32,292 nucleotides of DNA from positions 138,577-170,868 of the forward strand of contig JBDROZ010000039.1 in assembly GCA_043809585.1 (NCBI GenBank), read 5' to 3'. Position numbers and translations under genes: made by a program. The notes under the pieces were generated by a model. The model was not told the DNA's origin and searched no databases. It saw nothing but the letters and a program-made list of their open reading frames with translations. Numbering within the stretch: position 1 is the first letter of the stretch; each line of letters starts with the position of its first letter. Shown here in pieces: positions 1 through 8,505 of the stretch. The DNA comes from Candidatus Eiseniibacteriota bacterium. GTDB taxonomy: Bacteria > Orphanbacterota > Orphanbacteria > Orphanbacterales > Orphanbacteraceae.

Positions 1-59
1 GAGAGGAGGGCGAGAAGGGGAGGCAGGACGAGAGTCCGGGAGAGACGTCGGCGCGTCAT
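1..59 (-). CDS. 5' end of a gene running off the window; signal-peptide-like N-terminus (MTRRRLSRTLVLPPLLALL...)
   Basis: ATG at 59-57 with GGAGGA RBS at 65-70; basic n-region followed by a hydrophobic stretch. Confidence 0.65.
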   Translation of the reverse strand, partial: MTRRRLSRTLVLPPLLALL

Positions 60-159
60 GGGCGTCCTCCAGGGAACAGGGAGGCCGCGGGAAGGACACT
101 CCCCCCGCGGCCCGGTCCCCTACTCCGATCATCGGCACCCGGAAGGGCCACTTTGGCTC

Positions 160-2124
160 CTACGGGGCGGATTCTTCGCCGGCGGCGGGAGTTTCCTCCC
201 CCCCGAACGGCTCGAACCGTCCGCCCATGTGCTTGGCCAGGAACTTCTCCGCCGCCCCGTAGAACTCGAGACGGTTCTCCGGCTTGGCGAATCCGTGACC
301 CTCGTCCTCGAAGAGCAGGTACTCGTAGTCGATCCCCTTCGCCTTCATGGCTTCCACGATCTGCTCCGACTCCGCCCGGTTCACCCGGGGATCGTTCGCC
401 CCTTGGGCGATCAGCATGGGGATCCGGATCGCGTCCACCTTGGTGATCGGCGACCGGCTCATCAGGAAATCGAGGTCCCGCTCCGGATGGCCGAGACGCT
501 TGTACAGGACTTCCAGGAACGAAGACCAGTAGGGCGGGATGCTCTCGATGAAGGTGATCAGGTTGCTCGGGCCGACCATGTCGACGGCGCAGCAGAAGAC
601 GTCGGGCGTGAAGGTCGCGCCCACGAGCGCCGCGTAGCCGCCGTAGGACCCGCCGTAGATGGCGATCTTCGCCGGGTCCGCGTAGCCCTGCTGGACGGCC
701 CAGTTCACGGCGTCGATCAGGTCGTCGTGCATCTTGCCGCCCCACTCCCGGTCGCCGGCGTTCAGGAACTCCTTGCCGTAGCCGGTGGAGCCGCGGAAGT
801 TCACCTGAAGAGAGAGGTAACCGCGGTTCGCGAGCCACTGGGCCTCCCCGTTGTACCCCCACGTGTCCCGGTACCACGGGCCGCCGTGGACGTTCAACAC
901 CATGGGGAGGTTCTTCCGCCCCTTCCCCGGCGGGAAGGTGGCGTACCCGTGAAGGGTGAGGCCGTCCCGGGAGGGGAAGGAGACCGGCTCCATCTTGGCG
1001 AGGAGATAGTCGTTCAGATCCGGCTTGTGGACGAAGAGGAACTTGGCGCTCTTCGTGTTCCGATCGTACATGTAGTACTTCACCGGGCCGTCGTCCGCCG
1101 TGAAACCGACGACCCAGATGTCGTCGTCCGTGTTCCGCCGGGGCTGCCCGTGTGTATAGCCCGGCTCGAGCTTGTCGATCGCCGCCCAGTCCGTCCGGAT
1201 CGTCTCGTCGATCACGGTCCACTCGAGCTTGTCTCGCATGATCCCGTACGCCTGGACCTCGTAAGTGTCCGGATGGATCATCACGGATCCCACGTCGTAG
1301 TTGGGATCTTCGGCGAGGACTTCGTACTCCTTGGTGGCGAGATTGATCTTGGTGAGCCGCGCGGCGTTCGCGCCCCGGGAATCGAGAAGGTACATCGACT
1401 TCCCGTCCTTCGTGAAGCCGACCGGCTCGCTGCTTAGGTTGTCTTCGGATGTCCAGGTCAGGATCTTCTCCCACTCCCCCTCGATCGTCTCCCGGACCAG
1501 AAGATCGAATCCGCCCTCCATGTTCGCCGCCAAGGCGCCCCGGACCTGGAACTCGGCGTCGCTCACCCAGCCGAGGATGTTGCCCGGGTTCTTGGCGATC
1601 AACTCCATCTCGCCGCTGTCGAGATAGAGGCGGTAGACGTCGTGGGACTGGGCGCTCTCCTTGTTCAGGCCGATCAGGATCTCGTTCGGGTAGTCCTTGT
1701 TGACGTCGATGATCTGGGCCTGAACGCCTTCGAAGGGGGTCAGGTCCCTGAGGTCTCCCGTCTCGAGGCTGACGGCGTAGATCCGCCAGTTCTCGTCCCC
1801 CCCCTTGTCCTGAATGTAGAGGAGGTGGATGTTGTCCCTCCCGAAGAAGAAGGCCCGGATGCCCCGGTCCTTGTCTTCCGTGACCGGCTTGTAGTCGCCC
1901 GCGGCGACATCTCCCACCCACACGTTCAGTACGCCGTCCACCGGCGCGATGTACGCCATGCGCTTGCCGTCCGGCGACACATGCGGGCTCACCTTTTCCG
2001 GGTTGCCGAAGAGCACCTCCCGGGGAATCAGGTCCGGTTCCTCCACCCGGGGGGCGGTCTGGCAACCGATCGTTCCGAGAGCGAACAAGGCGAAAAGAAC
2101 CAAGAGGGCGCCTCCTCGATACAT
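160..2124 (-). CDS. S9 family (prolyl oligopeptidase/acylaminoacyl peptidase-like) serine peptidase, probable lipoprotein
   Basis: GGSYGG nucleophile motif, GANDPRV (Asp), DEGHG (His), VHGGP; N-terminal propeller region; ATG 2124 preceded by TGAGGAGA; lipobox-like LGTIGC. Confidence 0.93.
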   Translation of the reverse strand: MYRGGALLVLFALFALGTIGCQTAPRVEEPDLIPREVLFGNPEKVSPHVSPDGKRMAYIAPVDGVLNVWVGDVAAGDYKPVTEDKDRGIRAFFFGRDNIHLLYIQDKGGDENWRIYAVSLETGDLRDLTPFEGVQAQIIDVNKDYPNEILIGLNKESAQSHDVYRLYLDSGEMELIAKNPGNILGWVSDAEFQVRGALAANMEGGFDLLVRETIEGEWEKILTWTSEDNLSSEPVGFTKDGKSMYLLDSRGANAARLTKINLATKEYEVLAEDPNYDVGSVMIHPDTYEVQAYGIMRDKLEWTVIDETIRTDWAAIDKLEPGYTHGQPRRNTDDDIWVVGFTADDGPVKYYMYDRNTKSAKFLFVHKPDLNDYLLAKMEPVSFPSRDGLTLHGYATFPPGKGRKNLPMVLNVHGGPWYRDTWGYNGEAQWLANRGYLSLQVNFRGSTGYGKEFLNAGDREWGGKMHDDLIDAVNWAVQQGYADPAKIAIYGGSYGGYAALVGATFTPDVFCCAVDMVGPSNLITFIESIPPYWSSFLEVLYKRLGHPERDLDFLMSRSPITKVDAIRIPMLIAQGANDPRVNRAESEQIVEAMKAKGIDYEYLLFEDEGHGFAKPENRLEFYGAAEKFLAKHMGGRFEPFGGEETPAAGEESAP

Positions 2125-2289
2125 GAAAGAAATCTCCTCACTCGGGTCAGGGGGGTAGCGGAATCCGCGAACCTCCGAGCTTCCTCGGCACACCCTCCCC
2201 GCGCCGGGGCCGAACCCGGAACGGGGACTCCGCCGGGCCGGTTTGTTCCGCGCGAACCGGTGCCGGCACAAAGAGATACGAACTTCCAA

Positions 2290-2319
2290 AACTTACCCCT
2301 CCCCCGACGGGCCTGTCAA
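2290..2319 (-). promoter_or_regulatory. Putative sigma70 promoter for the S9 peptidase
   Basis: Minus strand TTGACA (2319-2314), 18 bp, TAAGTT (2295-2290). Confidence 0.5.
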
Positions 2320-2351
2320 GCCGGAAAGGGGGGCGGCCGGAGAACTTTCCG

Positions 2352-2381
2352 TTGACACTTCTCGGGGGGGCGGGATAGCCT
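2352..2381 (+). promoter_or_regulatory. Putative sigma70 promoter for the glycosyltransferase, back-to-back with the peptidase promoter
   Basis: TTGACA (2352-2357), 18 bp, TAGCCT (2376-2381). Confidence 0.5.
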
Positions 2382-2402
2382 CAATGATTCCTAGTGGTTC
2401 CG

Positions 2403-3101
2403 ATGAAAGGCCTCGAGATGCTTTTGTCCGTCATCGTCCCCGTCTACAACGAAGTCCGTACGATCGAGGAGATCCTGGAGCGCATCCGGGCCGTGGCCGT
2501 GGACAAGGAGATCGTGATCGTCGACGATTTCTCCACCGACGGAACCCGGAACATCCTCCGGGAGATCGAGAAGGCCCCGGACGTCCGGGTCTTCTATCAC
2601 GATCGGAACCGGGGAAAGGGCGCGGCGATCCGGACCGCGATCCCCCACGTGGAGGGGGACATCACGATCGTCCAGGACGCCGATCTCGAGTACAACCCCG
2701 CCGAGTATCCGCGGCTCATCCGGCCGATCCTCGACGGGCGGGCCGACGTGGTCTACGGCTCCCGCTTCAAAGGGGAGGAGGTGCGGGTTCACCTCTACTG
2801 GCATTACGTCGGCAACAAGCTCCTCACGACGGTCTCCAACATGTTCACCAATCTGAACCTGACCGACATGGAGACCTGCTACAAGGCGTTCAAGTCGGAG
2901 GTCCTGAAGTCGATCCCCCTCGAGGCGAACCGCTTTGGCTTCGAGCCGGAGATCACCGCCAAGATCGCCCGGCGAAGGTGCCGGGTCTACGAGATCCCCA
3001 TCTCCTACGCCGGGCGGGACTACGAAGAGGGGAAGAAGATCGGGTGGAAGGACGCCCTCGCGGCGTTCTACTTCATCGTCCGCTACTGGATTTCTGATTA
3101 G
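2403..3101 (+). CDS. Glycosyltransferase family 2 (DPM1/polyprenol-phosphate glycosyltransferase-like)
   Basis: SVIVPVYNE, VDDFSTDGT, NRGKGAA, QDADLEY, GSRF, TDMETCYK motifs; start could be 2394, 2403 or 2418. Confidence 0.92.
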   Translation: MKGLEMLLSVIVPVYNEVRTIEEILERIRAVAVDKEIVIVDDFSTDGTRNILREIEKAPDVRVFYHDRNRGKGAAIRTAIPHVEGDITIVQDADLEYNPAEYPRLIRPILDGRADVVYGSRFKGEEVRVHLYWHYVGNKLLTTVSNMFTNLNLTDMETCYKAFKSEVLKSIPLEANRFGFEPEITAKIARRRCRVYEIPISYAGRDYEEGKKIGWKDALAAFYFIVRYWISD

Positions 3102-3161
3102 AGCTCTTTTCAAAACCCCTTCCTGCTGCGGCTGGCTGCAGGGACGGGCCCGCTTCGTCCT
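3098..3161 (-). repeat. Partial inverted copy (one end only) of the hairpin element at 8323-8505
   Basis: Matches the reverse complement of 8443-8505 with about 5 substitutions and one 1-nt indel; overlaps the GT2 TAG stop (3099-3101). Confidence 0.85.
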
Positions 3162-3178
3162 TCCCTATTCTTCTCCCA

Positions 3179-3357
3179 AGCCCGCGTTTGGAACCAGGTT
3201 TCGTCACGAGGGTTCGAATCGCGCAGCGAGAAGCCGACTTGGACGAGCCGCTCCCGGAGGCGGGGCCCTAAGCCCCGTTGAGGAAGCGGCGACGGAAAGG
3301 AGGTTTCGTAGCCCGCGAGACGAACCCGCAGTAGAAACCTGGTTCCAAACGCGGGCT
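3179..3357 (+). repeat. ~180-nt palindromic hairpin element, copy A (MITE/REPIN-like or structured RNA)
   Basis: Perfect 24-bp terminal inverted repeat AGCCCGCGTTTGGAACCAGGTTTC (3179-3202 / 3334-3357), nested inner stems, core CCGGAGG-CGGGGC-CCTAA-GCCCCG-TTGAGGA. Confidence 0.85.
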
Positions 3358-3754
3358 ACCGGGGCATTCCTTTCGGATCGAGCGAGACTCCGCGGACCGG
3401 GCGGTCCGGTTCGTCCCGGTATTCGTCGAAGGTCGGGAGGGCGCCGAGTTCCGCCACGGCGAAGCCCCCCTCCTCTCCCCCGGCCGCCGAGGGGATCGGA
3501 GGCGGTTCCCGGCGGCGGCTCCCGTACTCGGCGCCGGCGAGAAAGGTCCCGATCAGGAGGGCCGCGGCGGCGGCGATCCGGAAAGCCCCGCCGAAGGGAC
3601 GCCGACCGGCCGCCCTCTTCACGAGACCCCGGCTCCTCAGGGCGCCGAGGATCCGCTCCTCTTCCCCCGCCGGGGCCCTCTCGTCGCCGAGAGAACGAAA
3701 GGCCTTCCGCTCCTCCGCGGTCAGTTCGTCCGATCGATCGTCATGGTTTTCCAT
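3356..3754 (-). CDS. Small single-pass membrane protein, probable anti-sigma factor
   Basis: Start overlaps the end of the ECF sigma gene; one TM segment (IAAAAALLIGTFLAG); GAGGA upstream. Confidence 0.65.
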   Translation of the reverse strand: MENHDDRSDELTAEERKAFRSLGDERAPAGEEERILGALRSRGLVKRAAGRRPFGGAFRIAAAAALLIGTFLAGAEYGSRRREPPPIPSAAGGEEGGFAVAELGALPTFDEYRDEPDRPVRGVSLDPKGMPR

Positions 3755-4313
3755 CGCCGTTCCTCTCCGCCAGCTTCGCACGCACCGCCCGGCGGGCCCG
3801 GAAGAGCTGGCTCTTCGAAGTGCCGCTCTCGATCCCGAGAAACCGGCCGATCTCCTCGTGGGTGTACCCTTCCACGTCGTGAAGCACAAGAACCTCCCGG
3901 TACCCGTCCGGAAGCCCGCCGACCGCATTCTCCAAATCGATTCGGTCGATGGCGTGGTGGATCCGGGATGGGCCGGGGCGTCCGTGGATTTCGTCGTTCC
4001 ACTCCGGTCCCTCGCCCCGTTTCCGTTTCCGGAGCACCTCCCGGGAACAGTTGAGCGCGATGCCGGTGAGCCAGGTCTTGAGGCTCGACTCCCACCGGAA
4101 ACCGTCTAGCCCCTCGATCGCGCGGATCCAGACGGCCTGGACCACGTCCTCGGCGTCCCCGTTCCGGGTGCCGACGAGCCTCGTCGCCAGACGGCGGAGG
4201 CCGGGGGCGTGGCGCCGGTACAGCTCGAGGAACGCCGCCTCGTCCCGGCGGCGAAGAAATACCTCCGCCAGTTTCCTGTCGATCGGTTCCGGGGCTTTCG
4301 GCCGGTCCTCCAT
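3741..4313 (-). CDS. ECF (sigma-24 type) RNA polymerase sigma factor
   Basis: Region 2 DAEDVVQ...FRWESSLKTWLTGIALN; region 4 LPDGYREVLVLHDVEGYTHEEIG...GTSKSQLFRAR. Confidence 0.93.
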   Translation of the reverse strand: MEDRPKAPEPIDRKLAEVFLRRRDEAAFLELYRRHAPGLRRLATRLVGTRNGDAEDVVQAVWIRAIEGLDGFRWESSLKTWLTGIALNCSREVLRKRKRGEGPEWNDEIHGRPGPSRIHHAIDRIDLENAVGGLPDGYREVLVLHDVEGYTHEEIGRFLGIESGTSKSQLFRARRAVRAKLAERNGDGKP

Positions 4314-4408
4314 GATTCTCCCCGGATCGCCGGTCGCCCAAGAAATCGGGCCCCCGCGGCGGCATCGCGCGGCCGTCGCGCCGGACACCGTCCCGCTCGG
4401 GGAAGGTC

Positions 4409-5605
4409 CTATCTTCGTGCCGCCAGGATCTCCTCGAAGCGGGCGAGCTGCCTCCGGAAGTGCTCGTTGTCCGGAGCTTCGGCGATCGCCATGCGGATGA
4501 ATTTCACCGCGCCCTCGCACTCGCCCGACACGTTGCAGATCTCGGCGAGCGTGTCCAGCAAGTTCGCCCTCTCCTTGCCCGGCGCGGCGAGTTCCACGCC
4601 CCGGCGGGCCAGGGCCTCCGCTTCCTTCAAGTTGATCCGGTTCTCGAAACACCACCAGGCGAACTCATTCAGGAGCACTCCGTCCTCTTGCCAAAGCCCG
4701 GGCTGGTTCCCTTTGTAGAGGGCCGCCGCCCGGACCGGGTCCTTCTCGACCCGAAGGGCGTACTCGGGGAGGAGCTTCGCCCGCATCCCGGCCACATCCT
4801 CCTCCGTCACCCCTTCGCTCTCCTCCACGGCGCGGCGGAGGTAAGGGACGAAGTAGGAGTCGTCCCCCGACCTCTTCGCCACCTTGAACATGGAGGAAGC
4901 GACCTTCATCCGGTCGTGGAGGGTCGACCGGGGGGAGTCGTAGACGACGTCCGCCTGGGCCTTCACCAGATCGTCGCCGTAGATGCCGTCGCCATACCCG
5001 TAGGCGATGGCGTTGAAGATCTTCATGTCGTAGTTCGTCTCCGAGTCCCCGGCGAGTTCCTTCGCCCTCTGGAAGTAGGCTACGGCCTCGGCGAACATGC
5101 CCTGGCTATGCCGGACCTCCCCGATCCGCCGGGCGTCCTCTTCGGACGGTTCCGCGCGAAACCGCTTCAGCCGGTAGGCGAGGGTGACCGGGTCCCCCAC
5201 CGCCCGCTCGAGACGCATCACGAAGCACCTCCGGCAGCCGAAGCCGTACCACTGATCGATCAGATCGCCCCGGGCGTTGGTCAGAATGAAAGTCGGGTAG
5301 TTCCGGACGCCGTACGCCTTCGCGAGTTCCCCGTCCTCCCCGGTTTCCGCGTCGAGCCTGCAGAGCACCACGTGATCGCGGATCGCCGCGCTCATCGCTT
5401 CGTCGGTTCGCACAGCGTCTTCGAAGTCGAGGGCGCCTTCGCTCCAGGAGACGCCGACTTCGAGCAGGATCGGCAGTCCGACCCCCTCCGATTCGGTCTG
5501 AGCCTGGCTGAAGCAGGAAACCCCCGTCTGGGCCGCCGCCGTCCCGGCGAACATGGCCGCCCCCGCGATCAGGGCGAGGGCCCCCATCTTCCCATGCCGG
5601 GTCAT
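4409..5605 (-). CDS. Exported thioredoxin-fold + TPR-like helical protein
   Basis: AGGAGGT RBS; signal peptide ending AAAQ; thioredoxin-like segment (YGVRNYPTFILTN, cis-Pro motif); C-terminal TPR-like LLNEFAW...LLDTLAEI...AI..AP. Confidence 0.75.
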   Translation of the reverse strand: MTRHGKMGALALIAGAAMFAGTAAAQTGVSCFSQAQTESEGVGLPILLEVGVSWSEGALDFEDAVRTDEAMSAAIRDHVVLCRLDAETGEDGELAKAYGVRNYPTFILTNARGDLIDQWYGFGCRRCFVMRLERAVGDPVTLAYRLKRFRAEPSEEDARRIGEVRHSQGMFAEAVAYFQRAKELAGDSETNYDMKIFNAIAYGYGDGIYGDDLVKAQADVVYDSPRSTLHDRMKVASSMFKVAKRSGDDSYFVPYLRRAVEESEGVTEEDVAGMRAKLLPEYALRVEKDPVRAAALYKGNQPGLWQEDGVLLNEFAWWCFENRINLKEAEALARRGVELAAPGKERANLLDTLAEICNVSGECEGAVKFIRMAIAEAPDNEHFRRQLARFEEILAARR

Positions 5606-5796
5606 CGTTCGAATACCTCCTCGCCGGGAAAAGGGTTGCCGCCGGCGAACCCGCGGGACCCCTCGATGTCCGTCGATCCACCGCTTCGTGAACCATGGCC
5701 CGGCCGGCGGACAACTCTCTTTTCCCACCCGTGAGTGGCCGGAAGGGATCCGATGGTTGCACGAAGAGGGGGACCGGGTTCCCCTATTCGCGAACG

Positions 5797-5826
5797 AAAA
5801 AGGGCCGGGAGAGTGTCCCAGCCCTT
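5797..5826 (-). terminator. Intrinsic terminator downstream of the DinB gene
   Basis: Minus strand AAGGGCTGGGA-CACTC-TCCCGGCCCTT followed by further T residues. Confidence 0.7.
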
Positions 5827-5849
5827 CCTGTCGGTAACGGTGCGGACTC

Positions 5850-6374
5850 CTACATTCCCCACAGATGCCCGGTGTTCACCGGCTGCCCCTGAAGCTTGAG
5901 GTAGTAGAAGAGTTGGCTTTTGTGGGAGGTCAGGTGATGGATCATGTTCATCAGCCGCTGGCCGAGGTTGATCTCCCGCGGATCCCACGGAGCCGGCGCC
6001 GGGGCGGTGGCGAGCTTCTTCTCCCCCGCCTTCGCGATCATCTCGAGGGCGAGCTTCTTGTCCGCGGCGAGCAGTTTCTTCGCCTCCGCCACGCTCCCGA
6101 TGGAGGGGAGCTTCTCCGCCGGCGGGAGCATATCCTCCATAGACATCTCGCTCATGTCGACGCCCTCGGGCATGCCCCAGTCGCCCGTGACGAAGCCTTT
6201 GCACGCAGCGCCGCAGGAGCCCGTCATGTGCATCAAGAGCTGGCCCGTGGTCATCCAGTTCTTCCCCGTCGCCGGTTTCCAGCCGAGGGATTTGTCGTCC
6301 ACCCGGTCGATCAGTTTCTCCGCCACGCCGTAGGCGTTCCCCACCTCGTCGTTCAGCATCTGGGTCCAGTTCAT
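5850..6374 (-). CDS. DinB/YfiT superfamily protein
   Basis: WKP...MTTGQLLMH, C-terminal HHLTSHKSQLFYYLKLQG; GGGAGG RBS. Confidence 0.85.
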   Translation of the reverse strand: MNWTQMLNDEVGNAYGVAEKLIDRVDDKSLGWKPATGKNWMTTGQLLMHMTGSCGAACKGFVTGDWGMPEGVDMSEMSMEDMLPPAEKLPSIGSVAEAKKLLAADKKLALEMIAKAGEKKLATAPAPAPWDPREINLGQRLMNMIHHLTSHKSQLFYYLKLQGQPVNTGHLWGM

Positions 6375-6469
6375 CGCCTCGTTCCTCCCGTCCTATGTGT
6401 TTCCCGGCCGCGCCGGGATCGCCGTCCCACCCCCCGCCGAGCGGGGCTCCCCCCGAGAGATACGCCCGA

Positions 6470-6499
6470 ATCATACGAAAACAACCAGACATTTGTCCA
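6470..6499 (-). promoter_or_regulatory. Putative sigma70 promoter for the DinB gene
   Basis: Minus strand TGGACA (6499-6494), 18 bp, TATGAT (6475-6470) in an AT-rich patch. Confidence 0.4.
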
Positions 6500-6616
6500 G
6501 TAATTCTACGTTGTCAGCATAACATCATGAGAATGAAGGCGATAACCTCTATTCTCCGAGGAAGACAGTTGGGGACGGAGGACTACTTCCAGCGACGGCG
6601 CGGAGGAGGCGCCGGA

Positions 6617-7537
6617 CTAGAAGAGAGGGTGCCCCCGGCGGCGTCGGGACCGAAGGAGAAGGCGGTTGCCCATGACCGCCACATAGAACTGTGCCATCAG
6701 GTAGAGAACCGCCAGGAGTGGAACCAGCGCCGAAGCCGCGGCCAAGAGCAAGACCAAAATACCCCTCCCGGGGAAGCCTCGGGCGAAAAGCCAGACGGGA
6801 AAGAAGTAGAAGGCCGCCCAATTCCACTGTCGTGCCCATCGCTCCTCCAGACCGCGTCTCCGAGCTTCCCACAGCGGCGAGTTCGAGGTATCGGCGCGCT
6901 CGAGGAGGGATGCGGCGTACCACTCGAGCCGCGGTCCGATCGTGCGGGGGCCTTCGAGAAGAACGATCGACCAGGAGACGACGACCGCGGAGAGACAGGG
7001 AATGAGAAGGATGAGTCCGACGCTGGCCGAGACGAGTGCCGACGAGATTTGTGCGGCGCATTCGGAGGGAGCCACTCCGGATTCACGGATCACGTCGACG
7101 ATTTCCCGCCCCACGAGGTCCGTCGGGTGTACCTTCCCGGCCCAGCCGAAAACCGCGAGGGCCCCGATCAACCCCACGAATACCGTCAGCATCGAGGGGA
7201 CGATCCGATCCGCCGCAGTCAGCCGCCCGGCGACCTTCATCCCCGAACTCAGGACTTCATCGTATCGCTCCTGTCCCGAGGAGGCGGTCTCCCCCGACTC
7301 CAGGAGCGGCGACAGCGACCTGAGGTATCGATTCGAAGTCGTGCGCGGGATAGAGGGGGAATCGGAGATGCGACTCCCGAACACGGCGGCCGCCTCCCGG
7401 TGGTCGCCCCACAGAGAGAGATACCGCACGATCGACCAGACCAGGAAGAGGACCGAAGAGGCAAGACCGATCACCGCCATCGCGATGACAGGAGGGCCGC
7501 CCCTTGACAGGAGGAGAACGAACCCCGACACATTCAC
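6617..7537 (-). CDS. Membrane protein: divergent MotA/TolQ/ExbB-like domain plus C-terminal DUF2628-like segment
   Basis: GGPPVIAM N-terminal TM; VGLIGA and ISSALVSASVGL resemble ExbB TM2/TM3; WNWAAFYFFPVWLFARG...GNRL; GTGA overlap with upstream gene and GGAGGTG RBS. Confidence 0.55.
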   Translation of the reverse strand: MNVSGFVLLLSRGGPPVIAMAVIGLASSVLFLVWSIVRYLSLWGDHREAAAVFGSRISDSPSIPRTTSNRYLRSLSPLLESGETASSGQERYDEVLSSGMKVAGRLTAADRIVPSMLTVFVGLIGALAVFGWAGKVHPTDLVGREIVDVIRESGVAPSECAAQISSALVSASVGLILLIPCLSAVVVSWSIVLLEGPRTIGPRLEWYAASLLERADTSNSPLWEARRRGLEERWARQWNWAAFYFFPVWLFARGFPGRGILVLLLAAASALVPLLAVLYLMAQFYVAVMGNRLLLRSRRRRGHPLF

Positions 7538-8166
7538 CGTCCCAGCACCTCCACGATTCTCTCCCTATCGGAGTTCAGCCGGGCGAGTCGCCGATTCACG
7601 CGCCCCGAGAGGACGAGCAGGACCGCCCCGACGACTCCGAGCAGGAAGGAAGTGCCGAGGCCGACGGTCATCGACAATCTCGATGCGGCGATTCCCTGGC
7701 GGAGGACCTGCTGCGCCTCTTCGGACGCCGGGGTCGAGGCGAAAACCTCCATGGTGTGGATGAGTCCGGAGAAGTACCCCAATCCGCCCATGAGTGTCGG
7801 AAGCACAACAGCAACCGGAATCGCAATCACGAGGAGCAGGCGGTATCTGCTCTCGCTCCAGAGAAACACCTCACCGGGGATTGTCGAGAAGCCGGCCTCT
7901 CCTTCCGGACCGCGATCCCCGTCAACTCTCTCCAGGGAGTCCAAAAGCGCCTGCGCGTATCGATTGGCCGGGTGGGCGCGGGCCTCATGGAGCGCTCCGG
8001 GCACCCCCTCCCCCTCGGCCCGAGACAGGATTCGCCGAGCCACGACACGGTCGAAGGACCTGCGAAAGTAGAGGAGGTAGATCAGGGCCGCCCCCAGGCA
8101 CTGGACGCCCCACACGATGATCTGGGTGACGTAGCTGCCGTCCCAGGCCGCGGTGAACCAGTTCAT
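7534..8166 (-). CDS. Membrane protein, divergent MotA/TolQ/ExbB-like
   Basis: Three hydrophobic segments; PTLMGGLGYFSGLIHTMEVF and GIAASRLSMTVGL in ExbB-like spacing; helical C-tail; GGAAGG RBS. Confidence 0.55.
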   Translation of the reverse strand: MNWFTAAWDGSYVTQIIVWGVQCLGAALIYLLYFRRSFDRVVARRILSRAEGEGVPGALHEARAHPANRYAQALLDSLERVDGDRGPEGEAGFSTIPGEVFLWSESRYRLLLVIAIPVAVVLPTLMGGLGYFSGLIHTMEVFASTPASEEAQQVLRQGIAASRLSMTVGLGTSFLLGVVGAVLLVLSGRVNRRLARLNSDRERIVEVLGR

Positions 8167-8322
8167 GGAGTGCCTTCCGAGGGGACGACGCAGCTCGAGC
8201 AACGTGCTGCGATCGCCGTCACATCGGCCCGGTCGCCCGCTCTCGGCCCCGTCGGTCCGCGGCAGTCCGGTGGAACCGGACCGTACGGGGCAACGACATC
8301 CCGTGTGACCGGGCATCCGAGA

Positions 8323-8505
8323 CTAGAACTCATTTCAAAACCCCTTTCGTCGCGAGGGCGAGCGAAGGGACGGACGGCGAGGATCGAGGGCGGGAATGCC
8401 CGGAGGCGGCCCTGGATGGGCCGTTGAGGACATTCTCGCCCGAGGACGAAGCGGGCCGTCCCTGCAGCCGGCCACAGCAGGAAGGGGTTTTGAAATGAGT
8501 TCTAG
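8323..8505 (+). repeat. ~180-nt palindromic hairpin element, copy B
   Basis: Perfect 24-bp terminal inverted repeat CTAGAACTCATTTCAAAACCCCTT (8323-8346 / 8482-8505); core CCGGAGG-CGGCCC-TGGAT-GGGCCG-TTGAGGA. Confidence 0.88.

Noticed and set aside
56-2065. Long alternative-frame and antisense ORFs (e.g. 56-2065, 58-1437, 13357-14889, 14594-16339, 19561-21213, 22680-24677, 26812-28449)
   Set aside because: Arg/Gly/Pro-rich shadow ORFs expected in high-GC DNA; each overlaps a gene with clear family motifs.
5730-5761. ECF-type promoter (TGCAACC...) upstream of the thioredoxin/TPR gene
   Set aside because: The -35-like AAC motif is present but there is no convincing -10 and no second example to support it.
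6617-8166. Zorya anti-phage system (ZorA is MotA-like)
   Set aside because: No ZorB/OmpA-domain gene, no long ZorA tail and no ZorC/D/E genes.
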